Source of the DNA: Oikopleura dioica
Taxonomy: Eukaryota > Animalia > Chordata
Assembly (NCBI GenBank): GCA_907165135.1
Contig: OU015568.1
Span: 15,697,208 to 15,761,207 of the forward strand
Length of the DNA: 64,000 nt
Direction of reading: 5' to 3'
Part shown: positions 14,029 to 27,256 of the stretch, piece after piece
How positions within the stretch are numbered: the stretch's first letter is position 1
Layout of the letters: the number at the start of each line of letters is the position of its first letter
Notes under the pieces: generated by a model
Database searches by the model: none
Seen by the model: the letters and a program-made list of their open reading frames with translations, nothing else
What the model was told of the DNA's origin: nothing
Translations under genes and position numbers: made by a program

Positions 14029-14346
14029 TAGGCCTCGGACGTAAAAAAGACGATTTTCACCATCCGGTCATCGTACGGGAACAGGAGTGGGCTCATTCGA
14101 AAGCTCTTGATAAGGGCTTTCTATTCGACTGATAAAAAAACTGGGCCCTCCCTTTCTGTTACGAGTTATTTTGAAAAATATTTTTCGAAGCTTATCTTCA
14201 AAATCAAATATCTCGAAAAAGGAGGGCAGGGCCCAGTTTTTTTATAAGCCCAACAGAAAGTCCTTTTTAAGAGCTTTCGAATGAGCCTACTCTTGTTACC
14301 ATACGACGACCGGCTGGTGGTGATGATTTTTTACGTCCGAGGCCTA
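14029..14346. mobile_element. hAT-like foldback MITE, 318 bp
   Basis: TIR TAGGCCTCGGACGTAAAAAA...TTTTTTACGTCCGAGGCCTA with long imperfect arms. 8-bp TSD AATATAAA at 14021-14028 and 14347-14354. Confidence 0.88.
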
Positions 14347-16593
14347 AATATAAATGCTTACCGGATTAAAATGCCAAATCGGCTCGTAAATATCACTGCT
14401 TTTTTCTTCAAATTCCTGGGTACAGTAACAAACTGGCGCTTGATACGACCCTCCCCAAGGTCGCAAAGTCTATTATCAAAGCTCGGAGTGATTTGGAAGA
14501 GACGATAGAAAATCTCGGCAGGGACGAGGTGGCTGGAGGTGACACCGTGACAGCTGCCATGACTGCAGCGATCTGTTGTGTTTGGATTAAGAAGAGGACA
14601 ACCTGGCTGGCGTCGACGCTGTTTGAACAGACGAGCGCAACTTGCACAGGCGCAATGCATCCATCCGAAGCTGCCGCCCTAAGCGATCCTGTCCCTGATG
14701 AGTTACGGCCAAATGGCTCAAGTGGCCAAAAGTGGTGCCGAACGGGCGCCGGAGAAAATCCAACTTCCAACTTTCCGGATTCCAAGCTTCCAAAACTGCT
14801 TTCCTTTCAGTTTCTTCCATTTTAAAGTAAGCATTCTTATTGAATTTATCAAACAATCAGCCGTTATTCATCACCTCTTTTCCCATCGATCAACAAGTGT
14901 AGATGTCAGTCCAGTATCGGATACGTGAGGCGGCGTCTTTGATCTCTCCCTGAGAATGAGCCGCCACGTTCTCAGCTGCTACCAACTCAACGGAAATGAT
15001 GAAGAGAAGAGCTGAAATGCGTTTCGGCCGCCAGTCCATCGATTTTGATCTGCATTCCTTCGCCACATCGGTCGAGATGAAACATGATTCTGCAACACAA
15101 ATTCCTTCTTTTACAAATTCTTCAGTCATTGACTCAAAGAATCAAATTTCATTATCACTGATGAGAGTTTCAGAAAGCATCAAAAAATCTCCCATCTTTT
15201 AATTTCCACAATAAACTTCTTCTCTGTCGAAATAATTGACGAAATATGCCATCCAGCCTGAACGGAAATTCTCCATAGACGAGACCATGCGTCGATCTTT
15301 AGGCGCCTATTTTCGTCACATATTTTGGGACTCATTACCAAAGCCCGTGATTTGCAGAAATGATCATTTATCGTTTTATCGAGCATGTTTTCACATGTTT
15401 TTCGTTGTTTTCACAGACGATATCGGTTCTCACCCGTGGCTATCATTTCTAAAGGCGTCTTGGGGCGAATCTTTTCGATGTAGGTGGCTGTCTTCGCTCA
15501 AGAATTTTTGGCTCAACAAAACATTATTCAAAAGACCTGTCAAATTCTCAAGATCCATTTCTAGTTGGGGAGCTGCTGTTCCAATAGTACTTGGAACTGA
15601 TTTAACAGCGTTGATTTATTGTGTCCTTTTAGCTTTCCTCGATGTAAATTTGCGCTGTCATAAGCACTAGAGTGCGCGCGATTGCTCGATTTTCATTGCT
15701 TATAAAGCTGTATTCTTCCTTCCAGCTTCTGTCGCTCCTAACGAGGACAAACTTTACCCTTGCTGTAATAAATCTAAGGCGATAAGAGTGATAACGGCGC
15801 CTTCGAGGCGCGGCAGGGCGGCGCATCTTCGTTTCGGGCACACGCACACAAGGAGCTCATTCCGGCCCCTGTACTGAGTGCACCTGTCACATCGTTTGGG
15901 CAGCGCCAGCCGCCGCTCGACCTGGATGCTGCATGTGTGCCCAAGGATTCTGCAGGCGACCGAGTGGCAGCTACCGCCCGTCTCCGCGGAGCCCGCAATC
16001 GTAAAACACGAAAACTTTTTTTTATGCCAAATGGTTAATCAGCTTAGAATTATCTTCGACAGCTACAGTAAAAGTACGATTTGAAATCACAAATTTCTAA
16101 TTCATAAATTTTTATTTCCAATCAAAAATCTTGGCAAAGTCGGAAATAATCTGTTTATTCAGCGATGTTGAACTTGAAAGGGATGCAACTTCAAAGGAAA
16201 AAAAAGCTCCAGATTCGCACTTATTTGGCCACATTTTTGATTATCTCTCAAGGTGGTGCAAGCAGGCTCCGGCACCATGCGGGCTGTTGGTGCTGCAGCT
16301 GCATTAGGCGCACTGCGCCAATCGCAAAGGAGAAAAGAAATCTGCCCGCTACAGGTGGCGCACACCTGCCGACACCACCACCAGTTTCAGCATCAAGAAT
16401 TGCTGCAAAATTAGAGTTTTTTTTTCAGGTGGAAGGATCACATGGCAATTTTTGTAAATTTAGCACTGTGTCAAAATCTTCCCAAAATCGAATATTAAAT
16501 TTTGGAAATCAAAGTTTTTTTTGTTAATTTTTCTCACGGTCCTTAGATACGTAGCTTATCACCTCTAGGACTAAAAAGGGGAAAGAGAAAATC

Positions 16594-18428
16594 ATGAAAA
16601 AAGGCAACTTTCATCAATACATTTGGAACCGAAAAGACATCCAAAAAGTGGACATCTGGGCTCGGCAACCTGTGTAGAAAACCTGAGTCAGGGTCTATAG
16701 ATCTAAAATGAAAAGTCGCGTAGCGGCTTTTTTATAAACGAAGCCGCTTTGCTCAGAAATCAATTGCTAGTCAAGGAAGTTATATCTGCGAAGCCGCTTC
16801 GCGGCTACGTCTTTAAAAAAGCCGCTACGCGGCTTTTCATTTTAGATCTGTAGACCCTGACTCAGGTTTTCTACACAGGTTGCTAAGCCAAGGTGGACAT
16901 TGTTGGTGAACTCGCTCAACGAGGCTTTTTGCGCGAAATTGCGGAGAACATCTTTAGCTACTTGGAATTTTCGGATTTGTTGATTGTCGGGCAGGTATCG
17001 AAACAGTGGGCGGATATAAATATCTCAAGAAGAATGTGGAAGGAAGGGCTATTGAGAACGATATCAGTCGTAAGTGCTCTTGTTTTAATAAATATTACGA
17101 AAGTGAATATTCTCCTGCGCTTATAATTATCCAAAACTAAGGATGAAAAGTGGAGGAAGCAAGTGGAACGGTTGAAGATTTGCGACTATGACGAACTTCA
17201 ATCGAATAATCTCTTAGGTAACTAATAAAATAAATAGTGCTCCAGAAGAGTTATGCCATAGAAGAATCGTCATAATCATTAGATTGCGAGAAAATTGGAA
17301 GAAGGATCAATGGATATTTTCGAAAGCAACGACAGAACTGGGGGCAACGCCCTCAAAGCGTTCAGGATGAGTTGTCCCATATTAATAATATGATATTATC
17401 TCCTTTGAAGAAAAGAACCCTCGAAAGTTGATGTTTTGAACTCTTGATGTGCCTGAAAATAACTCTGGAGAAAGACAGTAAATTTAGGAAAAGGGAACAC
17501 CATCAAACCACTTGGAATCGACGCTTCTGATGATTATATTGCGGTTATTGTCGATAGATTTCATGTAGGAAGCGCTTGAAAAGACTGAAAATCGGTATTA
17601 TCTTCTTAATTTTGTAAGCGTAAAGCAGTTATTCTCATTTTCGCCCGTTCTGACGGCCAATTCATCTGCAGATTGACCGATTGCCCGGGCGTTAAATTCG
17701 TTCAAGTTCATAAATCAACTTGTGTCGCTTCCAATTCTTCCGGAAAAACGATTTTCATTTGGCTCGGTTTGAAATTTCACTTGCAGATAGTGATAAGCCA
17801 AAAATTTAAAACCGATGGTAAGAACTTGCCGAGTGGACTGTTACTCAATCAAATCCGAGTTCACGAGCCGATAATGAGTTTGTCCTGCTTTTGGGACATG
17901 GAAAAGATGTTTGTTGGGACGATTTCGTCGCTTATTTCTTATGAGATCAGAAATGATGGCGAATATTTCGATGAAAACTGTCTTTTGGAACTCGGAAAAG
18001 GAATCACGAAAATAACTGCAAATGATAAATCGCTGTTTTACGGGACTTTTGACGGTTATCTTGGAATGCTGGACGTTAGAACGTTGGCAAAGAAGGCTGG
18101 TTTCACGAAGAAAGGATACAAGATCTCTTCCTTGATTTCAAACGATGGTTTTCTCGTCGCACAATTTGAAACTGGGCTGGAGATGGACAAATACATCTAT
18201 ATTTGGAAGATCGATGACACTTCTGATCGTCCATTTATATCGCCACTTGCGATTATTCCGAACTCAAAAAGTGAGCCGACTTTTTCGAATGGGGGAGCAG
18301 TCGTTTTCAATGGAGACGAAATCTGTGTCGGCGGACAGAATTTAGTTACTATTTATGAATGGATTGAATTCCCTTTACCAGCCCTAACCCTAACGCTAAC
18401 GCTAACCCTAATCAACCCTACCCCTTAG
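16594..18428 (+). CDS. F-box protein with divergent WD40-like C-terminus (beta-TrCP-like F-box); multi-exon; 3' end uncertain
   Basis: VDIVGELAQRGFLREIAENIFSYLEFSDLLIVGQVSKQW resembles the beta-TrCP F-box. Beta-rich repeats follow (LFYGTFDGYLGMLD, IYIWKID). ATG at 16594 is in frame once 16648-16892 is removed. Confidence 0.7.
16656..16892. mobile_element. Foldback MITE of the CTG...CAG family, 237 bp, inserted in F-box coding sequence and forming an intron
   Basis: Inverted arms of about 90 bp (CTGGGCTCGGCAACCTGTGTAGAAAACCTGAGTCAGGGTCT...). 8-bp TSD GTGGACAT at 16648-16655 and 16893-16900. Confidence 0.92.
18383..18427 (+). repeat. Degenerate telomere-like (CCCTAA/CGCTAA) tract
   Basis: CCCTAACCCTAACGCTAACGCTAACCCTAATCAACCCTACCCC. 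Shorter tracts occur near 29867-29879 and 62157-62182. Confidence 0.7.
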
Positions 18429-19083
18429 CATTATTACTATATCGAAACTATCAAAATCCAATGAAAGTCAATCGAAAAGCTTCAAAGAGCAAAGGAACTG
18501 AAACTGTCAGCTGAAATGACAGTCATTAATCGCCTGAAAGTTCAGGGCGTATCAAATTCTCTTTATTCCAACAAGAATCTGCTCATAAGGAAAAGTTCCT
18601 CATCGTAACTTTAACATCTTTTATGATCTAAAAGTAACTTTTCACAAGCGCCTGTGGTCCTCTTAATGGATTCTCCTTCACGATCTTCTCATTCAGCGAA
18701 GAATTTCAATACAATAAGTACCATTATGAGCTGATAAGATGAATCTGATATAATTCCTTTTTCTAATAATAAAGAAAAACTGATGATGATTGTTTTGAAC
18801 AGAGAATTATTAACCGTCGTAAAAACTCGCTGAGCACAAGTAGATGTCAGAATAAAAGGTCATTCTGAGGAAAAAAAAATAAACTCGACAGAGAGTAAGG
18901 ACTCACGCTTTGAAGCCAAGAGAAGACATGTGCCACCAGATACAGAAAAAGAGAACTTTGCAGGATGTTTTGCACTTTTACAGCGTGCAGCTTCTTATCA
19001 TTTCAATTTTTCAAATTATGAACGGGTCTAATTCAAATTTGCTAATTTTTTTCTTGCTAAAAGCTTTTCGATTCCTTGAAAGA

Positions 19084-19894
19084 ATGGACGCCCTGGCAAC
19101 TTGGTACTGGACACTTACCTTCGGAACAGGCTGCTTTATCGGAATTTTCGGAGTAGCAACTGGATCCATGGGCATTTCATATTCAAAAGTTTCCGATAGT
19201 ACTAATTTCAAGATACTTCTCAAACGAGTTGCGATTATGGCGTACGTAACAATGTCGTTATCATTTGGGGTGTATTTTTGGTTAATTGTTATGACAGGAA
19301 TGCTTACTTCCTTGAAGTGGAATAATGATTTTACCGTTTATCCCGTTTTTCTTGTCGGAGAAGCTATCTGCTTTATGATTCAGTGGTCGTTTTTATACTA
19401 TCTTGCGAATGTGACGGGATCGCCCTGTAATTGTATGGCGGAAGGTTCGTGCTGCTACACGGATCCAGTTCTTGACGCCGCATCGGAAGAACCACTTGTT
19501 GCTTCGAACCCTCAAGGCTGCAATACAATGCCTGTTGTGCACACTTACTTACCTGCACAAACCCAGCCAACAGGTTCGCAACATGTCTCGCTCTTATATT
19601 AACTCAATACTCTAGCAATTGTCTATCAACAGCCTCCGCAGGGTACAACCTATCAAAGCCAAGTATGTTTTATTCGATTTATTATAAATAACGATTTATA
19701 AGAATTTCAATGGATATTCCGTCCACACGGTTCCTCAACAACTACCCGTAGTCCCACAGGAATGGTTTTGATTTTGATCTCTATGGATAAAAAGCTAGAA
19801 ATTCAAAACCTCGATAAAGGCACCGCCACGGGACTCTCTGAGCCCGCCACCTTATGCAGAGTCAAGAAAATTCAGCGTTGAGGCAGATGAATGA
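19084..19894 (+). CDS. Small multi-pass membrane protein with a Cys-rich segment and a Pro/Gln-rich tail
   Basis: Three hydrophobic segments in ORF 18910-19602 from MDALATWYW. Downstream exons appear to encode IVYQQPPQ and PPPY. Confidence 0.55.
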
Positions 19895-19959
19895 GACTTT
19901 TTCCTGCTTTGACTGTATCAAAATAAATCCATACATTAGATTGGGTCATTTTATTTTGC

Positions 19960-20554
19960 AGGGTTTTTATTTGTTCACTTTCGGAGCGCCTTGATCCGTG
20001 ATGCCCTTTACTTGAACAGTGCTAAAGTCGTTTTTTAGTTTGTATCGTAAAGAGATAACTTACTCGGTCAGCCCAGCCATCTGAATAGCTTCAAATGCGA
20101 AGACACAGAAGTCAAACCACCAGAAGCAGTTCGCGGAAACATGAGGAGCACTGTTTTTGGCGACAGTTATCTTTTCATATTTAACAATTTTAAAGGTTTT
20201 CTGCTGTTAAATTTGTCTTGAAAACCAACCCAACAAGATGCAAAGACGAAGTGGTAGAGGAGTCCCCACATGAACATATCTTTTAGGGATATTATTCGTA
20301 ATTTTTTCGAAAAATCCTCCGAAGAAAAAATACGCAGAAAGTACCCTATGTATTTATCCCTGACAAAGGTAGATTGCCCACCCCAAGAACAACATTTACA
20401 GAACCCAAGAATAATCGAAAATATCCACCAAATTAGACTATCAATAGTTGAAATAAATTAATGAAAATGATCTAGTACCTGATGCAGCAGGTCGCAAAAG
20501 CAAATGGCCATTGCCAACCATGCTTATGAAAACATCCATGGTTGTGGTTGTCAT
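19960..20554 (-). CDS. Possible small multi-exon membrane protein
   Basis: Hydrophobic short exons (MFMWGLLYHFVFASCW) with GT/AG borders. The structure is not resolved. Confidence 0.3.
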
Positions 20555-20936
20555 CGCAAACGGCTACTAGGCAGCATATAAATGCGACAAATTCTAGCAC
20601 AATATGGATGACTTTGATAATGAGTTGCTATTTATAAGTTTTTTTCCGGGAATCGTTCATTTTATTCACTTGGTTTCTGAGTTGATTGTCTCTCTTAAAA
20701 CTTTCCTTGCAGCTCTGCCGTTCTGCCATCTTCCTATATCTCTCCTATCGCTGTTTTGCATCGATTCTTAGAAAGCGGGGCTTATACCAGATGCCCGTTG
20801 AAAGCATTTATTTTCGTAGCTAAGATGGAAACTATGGCCGGAAATGTCATGTTATCAAAGTCGTAATTTCTGCCCTGGTTACTTGGTTACTTTTTTTTAT
20901 TAAACAGTTAGGGAACAATTTTCACGAGCATTGAAC

Positions 20937-23900
20937 TTATGAGAAATTATAATCTTTCATTGTCCCATCAGCCGAGAGAGCCGTCTTTTTTGAGGTTTAT
21001 TTTAATGAATGATAAAATAAAACAAAACTAAATTGAAATATCCTGGTTTCTATAAACCCGTTCCTCAGCTGCTTTTGGTTTGAGCGTAGTAGCAGACTGC
21101 ATTTCCGGCGGAGCGTTCTTGTGAGTCTTAAACACTACAAGCAGCACCACTAGAAGAAGTACAAATCCACAGAGTCCAATGACAATCCACCATTTTGCTT
21201 CTGCTGTTGTCAAAGCGTTGGTCAGGATGAGCTTCACTGATTTTGGTTCAACGATTTCGTCGCTGTCAAGGATCGGACTCGATATGATCATCTTATTGTT
21301 TTTCGTTATTTTGGTTGATGTTGTTTATTATTTACCTCGGATGTTATGGTGCTATTTTCTCGACACTCGGGAGTGTTCAGCTTCTTCATAAGATTGAAAT
21401 TGACTTCAACTTCGCTCAAGAGAGAAGGCAGAAGATCTTGTTCAGACTCAACTCTGATCGTCAACTTGCCATTTTCGCTTTCACAGGTTGGTTTTCGCAT
21501 TGTGAGGGTTCCAGAAACGACTCCATTTTCTTGTTTGCAAGGATTTTCGAAAATATAAGCTTCTGTTATTGTTGTGACGACGGCCAAGTTTCCGGCTTTG
21601 ACGGGACTGACGCCTGAAATCAAGGAAGAAACACTGATGCTGATGATTTCGGCTCCAGTTTCGTTATCATCTTTAAAATGATCGTTTACGATTTTTCGAT
21701 TTCAAAACCACTTACTGTCGACATTACACAACGAGCTATCAGGTGAGACGCTCAATCTCGCAGTATTCTTATCCAGCAATTTTTCTTGAACAACTGTAAT
21801 CGAAGAAGAGCACTCAGTGCCGCCGCAGTTTCTGATTTCTTGACATTTTCCGCAAGAAAAGAGCTTGGCTGAGTATCCAAGTTCTTTGCTTGTTCCATCT
21901 GCTTTGACGTCAAATGCGAAATTTGCTCTTTGGCGATCGCCCTCGTTCATCGCGAATCCAAGAGACTTGAAAATGCACTTGCGACCGAAGTAAGTGTTTC
22001 CACAGGAAGAATCATTTGGGCAAGCATCAACGTACCAGTCGTTATCGGAGGTCATGTCGAAGCTCAATTGCCTTGGCAGAAATTAATGATTGAGAATCAA
22101 ACAAAAACTACTCACCCTTCCTCGAACTCCATCATCAGAGAAGGTCGCATCAAAAGAGCATCATCCAATCTCACCGTCAATTGCCCATTCAACCGTTCAG
22201 CTGGTACATTGATACTCTTCACCGTCGTCTCTGTCTTGTCCATTTCGACATCGAGGTTGATTTTCGGCGTCTGAAAAAAATCAGAAACGTACGAAAAAAT
22301 AACTTACATTTGAGCCATCGCCTTCAATTTCCACAAAGTGTCTTGGAAGCCGACTCTTGCAGCCAAAAGTGTAGCCGAACATTTCTTGTTGATTTTTGAT
22401 GTTCAACTTAGCTTCGAAAACTGCTAGTTCAAAAGGACCTGTGTTGCAATCTTGAAGAACTTTGCTGATTTCAACCGAGATTTCTTCACAGAATTCTGAT
22501 GATCTTCTTGTTTTTATCTCGATTTTCTGCATAATGACATCTCCAACGAGTCTTGGGTCCAGCTGGATTGCGACTTCGACCGTAACAGAGTTCGGTGCCT
22601 CGACGGGTTTGTCAGTCAAACGCACACAGATTTCAGCTCGAAGTTGATTTGCTTCCCGATCAAGGACGGATTGATCGCCCCAGTAAAGCTCAAGCTTAAA
22701 CATCGGTTTCAAGTTGAATAAGTAAATCATATCAGATTCTCCAGCCGTGACAAAGAGTTGGTTATCTTCGCCAGTTTTGTATTTCATCTTCGATCCGAGA
22801 GCTTTGAAGTCCCCAGTTGGGGAGTATCCAGAGACTTCGCCAATATCAGTTTTGTCCAAAAGGCAAAAATCTTCAGCGGAGGCCTCATTAGCTGCTTTCA
22901 TCGTAAATTTGCCTCCGTAGATGAGATAGAGTTTGCCAAGTGAGTTGTTTTCATTGGCTGCATAGGGGGAGGAAATGACTACATCGTTGAATCCGTCACC
23001 GTCTTGGTCACCGACGTGTTCTATCGCAGATCCAAATCTTCCTTCTTGATCAACGCCGAGGAGAATTTTCGGATCGATGTCATCTAGCTTGCCATCTCGC
23101 TGGATATAGATAAAGATTCTGCCGATATCGTACTTTCGCTTCTCCGAGTAATGAGGAGCTCCGACAATCAGGTCATCAAGTCCATCGTTGTTGATATCAA
23201 TGACTTGAATCGCGAATCCAAATGACTCGTGAGAGAAAGTTCCGCAGACTCTTGTTCGTCTTGATTCGAGAGCTTCACTCGATTGTTGATAACTTTTGGG
23301 CATCTCTCCTCCCCATTCGTATTCTTGCTGCAATTTCAGAAAGTTGACGCATCCAGTTCTCTTGTGCTGGTCATTCAAACCACGATCTTCGACTTCTAGC
23401 AAGAAATCTTCGCCGCCAATATTGATCGAACCAACGTTTGAGCCCCTTCGTCCTCCAGCTTCTTTTCGTTTGATGAAGTCTGGTGTCATCGACTCGCTGG
23501 AATATTCTGGCTTTGAAAAGCTCAAGAACTTTTTCTTGGTGATGGATTTTTCGATTTGCTGCATTCCAGCGACCATCAGGAGAGCTTTGCTTGGGAACTC
23601 ACGGGTGTTGAATGCGAAGGTGTTTCCTTGATTGTGATTTTTCGGTGCTCCGACGAAGACGTTACTGTCGAATTCATTGATAGATGTTCCAAAGTGACAG
23701 CTCATGCTCATCATACCCTGGTCATAGTTTCGACCGTAGCGACCGTATTCTTGTGTGCCGTTTTTCCAGTAGATAGTCGGTAAACTATGACCGCCCGTGG
23801 GCAAGAGTGGGGTCAAATAAGTGAAACAAGGGGAGATCCAGTTGATGGCGGTGGAATCGATGTTTCCATTTTTAAGCCCGTCAATTTGGTCCTTGATGTT

Positions 23901-24455
23901 CTTGACATAATAACAAGACCCAATCGGGAAGTCGTGTCGTTCAACAGAGCTCTGCATGTCTTCAGTTTTCTTGAGAGTTCTGCATCTCGTCTCGCCTTCT
24001 TCCAAATCTTCATGATCGCGACGATCACACATCGCAGCCGCGGTAGCTCTAGGATCGCAAAACCAGAGAGCGCCAGAATCATCGACTTTAATTGTGGCGC
24101 CGAGAAATTTATTGTGTACCAAGAGGTTTTCCTCCCTTATTCCTCGAAAGATATTATTCATCAGCGTCCCCTGATCCGCCTCAAAGAGCAGCGGGCTTTC
24201 GTGGCAAGTCTCGCTTGTGCATTGTCTGTCGATTTCGTAACTGTAAACGCGACCTGTGTAGCCCGGCTGTACGTTGAATTTTGGAGCTCCAACGACTAAA
24301 TTGACCACTTCTTCGCCATTTTTCCTCTGAGTGAAAAAGTCGAAGCTCGCTCCGAACTTTGACCCTTCCTGGCTATTCGTCAGAGTCAGCTTTTCTGAAA
24401 ACACGGAAGACTCCAACCCAAGCACTGCGGAAAGTGCGAATATCATCGACCGCAT
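20937..24455 (-). CDS. Integrin alpha subunit (no I-domain seen); first exon about 2.1 kb; last exon tentative
   Basis: Signal peptide; FG-GAP repeats (FGASF..LVVGAP; FGFAIQVIDINNDGLDDLIVGAPHY; FGSAIEHVGDQDGDGFNDVVISSPY); single TM WWIVIGLCGFVLLLVVLLVVF. Confidence 0.9.
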
Positions 24456-24713
24456 TTTCCGCGAAGAAAATCAAAAATCTCTTTCGTTTTTTCTCTATGC
24501 GCCTGTCAAATTTAATTTTTTGGTCAGTGCAAGCCATACATTTGTTAAATATTTGCCTTTCACTATTCATCGGCTCGAGTGTGTGCCTAGGGTCTTTACA
24601 TTTCAGCGCGCGGTTTTCATAAACTTCAGAAGATTGCTTTATGTGGCAATATGAAAAGTAACCAGAAAAAATAATTCAAGGAGATTGCTATTTATTTGTA
24701 AGATTGAAGTCTT

Positions 24714-27256
24714 TTATCTTCCATGTTCATTATCGAAAGGATTATCGAATGTGCAAGTTTCCACAGTCATAAGCTGCCTGATTGAATTCATCCTCCGAAA
24801 TTTCGACTGCGTTTCGTGGCAAATTGCCGGTCCTTTCGTATTGAGCGTTTGCGGCATCGACGAATACTTTTTCGTTACTGATCAATTCTAAGGTAAGTTG
24901 GTAAAATAACTTTCAGCCATTCCACAACTCACCAACTTGATCTTCAATCCTGTCATTCACAAATTTCATGAAGCGTGTTCCATTCTTGAAAAAAAAAATC
25001 ATCAAGTGTCAAAAATGATTACAACTTTTGACGAAGAACGCCGTATTTTGAGCTCAATTGATGTTTGCCTGATCACTTCCAGATCAGCCGAGGTATCATG
25101 AAGTCGATGAAGCTCATTTTCAGAAATCGATCCATATTTTCTCTAAACAACTGTTACATCAAACACCATTTTTTACTCTACTTCTGGTGTGAAATCCATC
25201 TTGAAGTATCTATCGTTAATTGATATTTGCCGCCGAAACATGGGTTTTGGCGGAATTTTGGGCCTCCCTTGAATTGCATCACTTAGATCTCGTTGAAACT
25301 TGTCCAGTACTCCAGGCTCAAAGTTGTTCTTAATTCTTTCTTGAAGCCCCTAAATGTTAATCAGTATTTGAGCGTCAAATAACATGCTTGTCTTACTGCG
25401 AGATTGCGGTTAAGCTCGACTTCTTGCTCCGTAAGCATTCGATTTTTTTCGCCAAGGCTTCTTTGAGTACTGTTCCAATCATCGAATTTCTTTGTCAGGA
25501 GAGTTGTTCGTCTCATACGCTTTGAGCCAGCTCATTTTAAGGATTATTCTTATTCTAATCCTTTTAAAAAGCGTTCCTAATAATATTGTTCGCGACTTCG
25601 CGTCTTTCATGAATTGTCTGAAAATTGTGAAAAAAAATAAAGTTCTGCTTCTTTACCTGAGAATCGGATAATCGAAGATCGTCCGGCAACTGTCTTCCTA
25701 ATTCTGTGCTAGAATACAGGGATTTCTCCAAGTCAGCAACTTCAGCTTGCATAATGGAAATCAATCGCTTCGAGTAGTTGACTTCATTTTCCAGCTGTCT
25801 TCTGAGCTCTTGTTTCTCTCGGGTGAATTGATTCCCTTGTTCGTGATGGGCGTCGTAGGATTCTTTGAACTGACGTCTTTGGTTTTCCATTTCTTTATTA
25901 AAAAAGTAAAATGACGAGCTAAATACTAACCCTACCTCTTAATTTTTTTGGCAAATCGTCATGATTTGCTTTTGGCGTTCCAAAACAAATATCGTATTTT
26001 TCGTACGAAGACAACAAATTTGGAGATGAACCTATTCGCTGGGGCAGATCATGTTGTTCATGCTTAGTTTGCTCAGGAAGTGTACTCATGTGTCGAAGAG
26101 GAGGTTTTGACGGAAACTTGGAGGGTGTGGAATCGTAGCCGGGTTCCATTTTGTTTTTCAGTTTGTCGTAGATTGGCTTGACTCTGATATTTGTATTTTT
26201 CATTGATCAATTTGGCAGAAAAGAAACAACAGTACTTTATAATGAGAAACAAGCCTTGGATGCTCAAGAATCTGAGATGCAGTCGGTCGTTTCTTTCTCA
26301 ATTCGAAGCATCCCTTGATGATCTGATCAGCATCAACGCTGCCTTCTACCGGTTTGTATTCTAGCGCCTCGATTCGTTGCCCCATTTCTAATTCTACATT
26401 TTTCTTTTTCTTGACTTCATCGGTCAAAAATGGATGCTCGAGCATGATCAACTCGTAGAGAATGACTCCAGCTGCCCAGATGTCAGAATCACGACCAAAT
26501 TTAGCCTCTCCACCAGCGAAAAATTCGTAATGAACGTATGCGAGAGTACCACTTGCTATTTTTAAGGATATTAAAAGAAAGATGCATCAGAAGAAAAGAA
26601 ACAACTAAAACATATCCTGTTACAGTAGAAGTAACATCATCACCCAAGGTCTTGTTAAGTCCAAAATCTCCGAGCTTGCAAATGTTTTTATCCTTTTTGA
26701 AAAATATGTTTTCCGGCTTGATGTCGCGATGAATGATGTTCTTGCCGTGAATGTATTCTAAGGCCATGTTGATCTGAGTAAACCAGCCCCACAATTGATC
26801 ATCATGGAGTTTGACATCTAAATGGTTTCTCATTAGTGGCACAAAGAGAGTATCTTACTGTTCTCTTTTGCTGCATCAATTGTTTTTCTTAGATCTCCAC
26901 CTCCGCAGTACTCCATCACGATACGAAACTCTTTGATAGAATTCCCCATGAAAGAGTTGCATTCAAGCTCGTCCAAGTATCTCACGATATACGGATGGTT
27001 GAGGCTCTCTAGTACTTCAGCTTCTTTTTTCGCATTTTTGATTTCTCTCTCTCGTTCTTCTTTATCCTTACTCATTTTTATCTTTTTCACGACAACCTGT
27101 TGTCCATCTTATTTCAAAATATTATTAATAAAAAAACGTCAATAATTGACCTGTTAATCGCTTTGCCAGAACTACTTCACCAAATGCTCCTTTCCCCAGT
27201 GTCTGTATCTTCTTATACTTATGCCCATGCTCTTTGAAGAAATTTGCATCGAACAT
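24714..27256 (-). CDS. NEK/NIMA-like Ser/Thr kinase with a coiled-coil C-terminus; 3' end approximate
   Basis: [64 protein letters not shown]. Confidence 0.85.

Noticed and set aside
13890-14508. Paralogous small ORFs MSPLLFPYDDR and MSLLLLPYDDR
   Set aside because: They are mirror translations of the two MITE arms.
14350-15670. Protein-coding gene between ATOH8 and the F-box gene
   Set aside because: Overlapping short ORFs on both strands show no recognisable motif or consistent exon chain.
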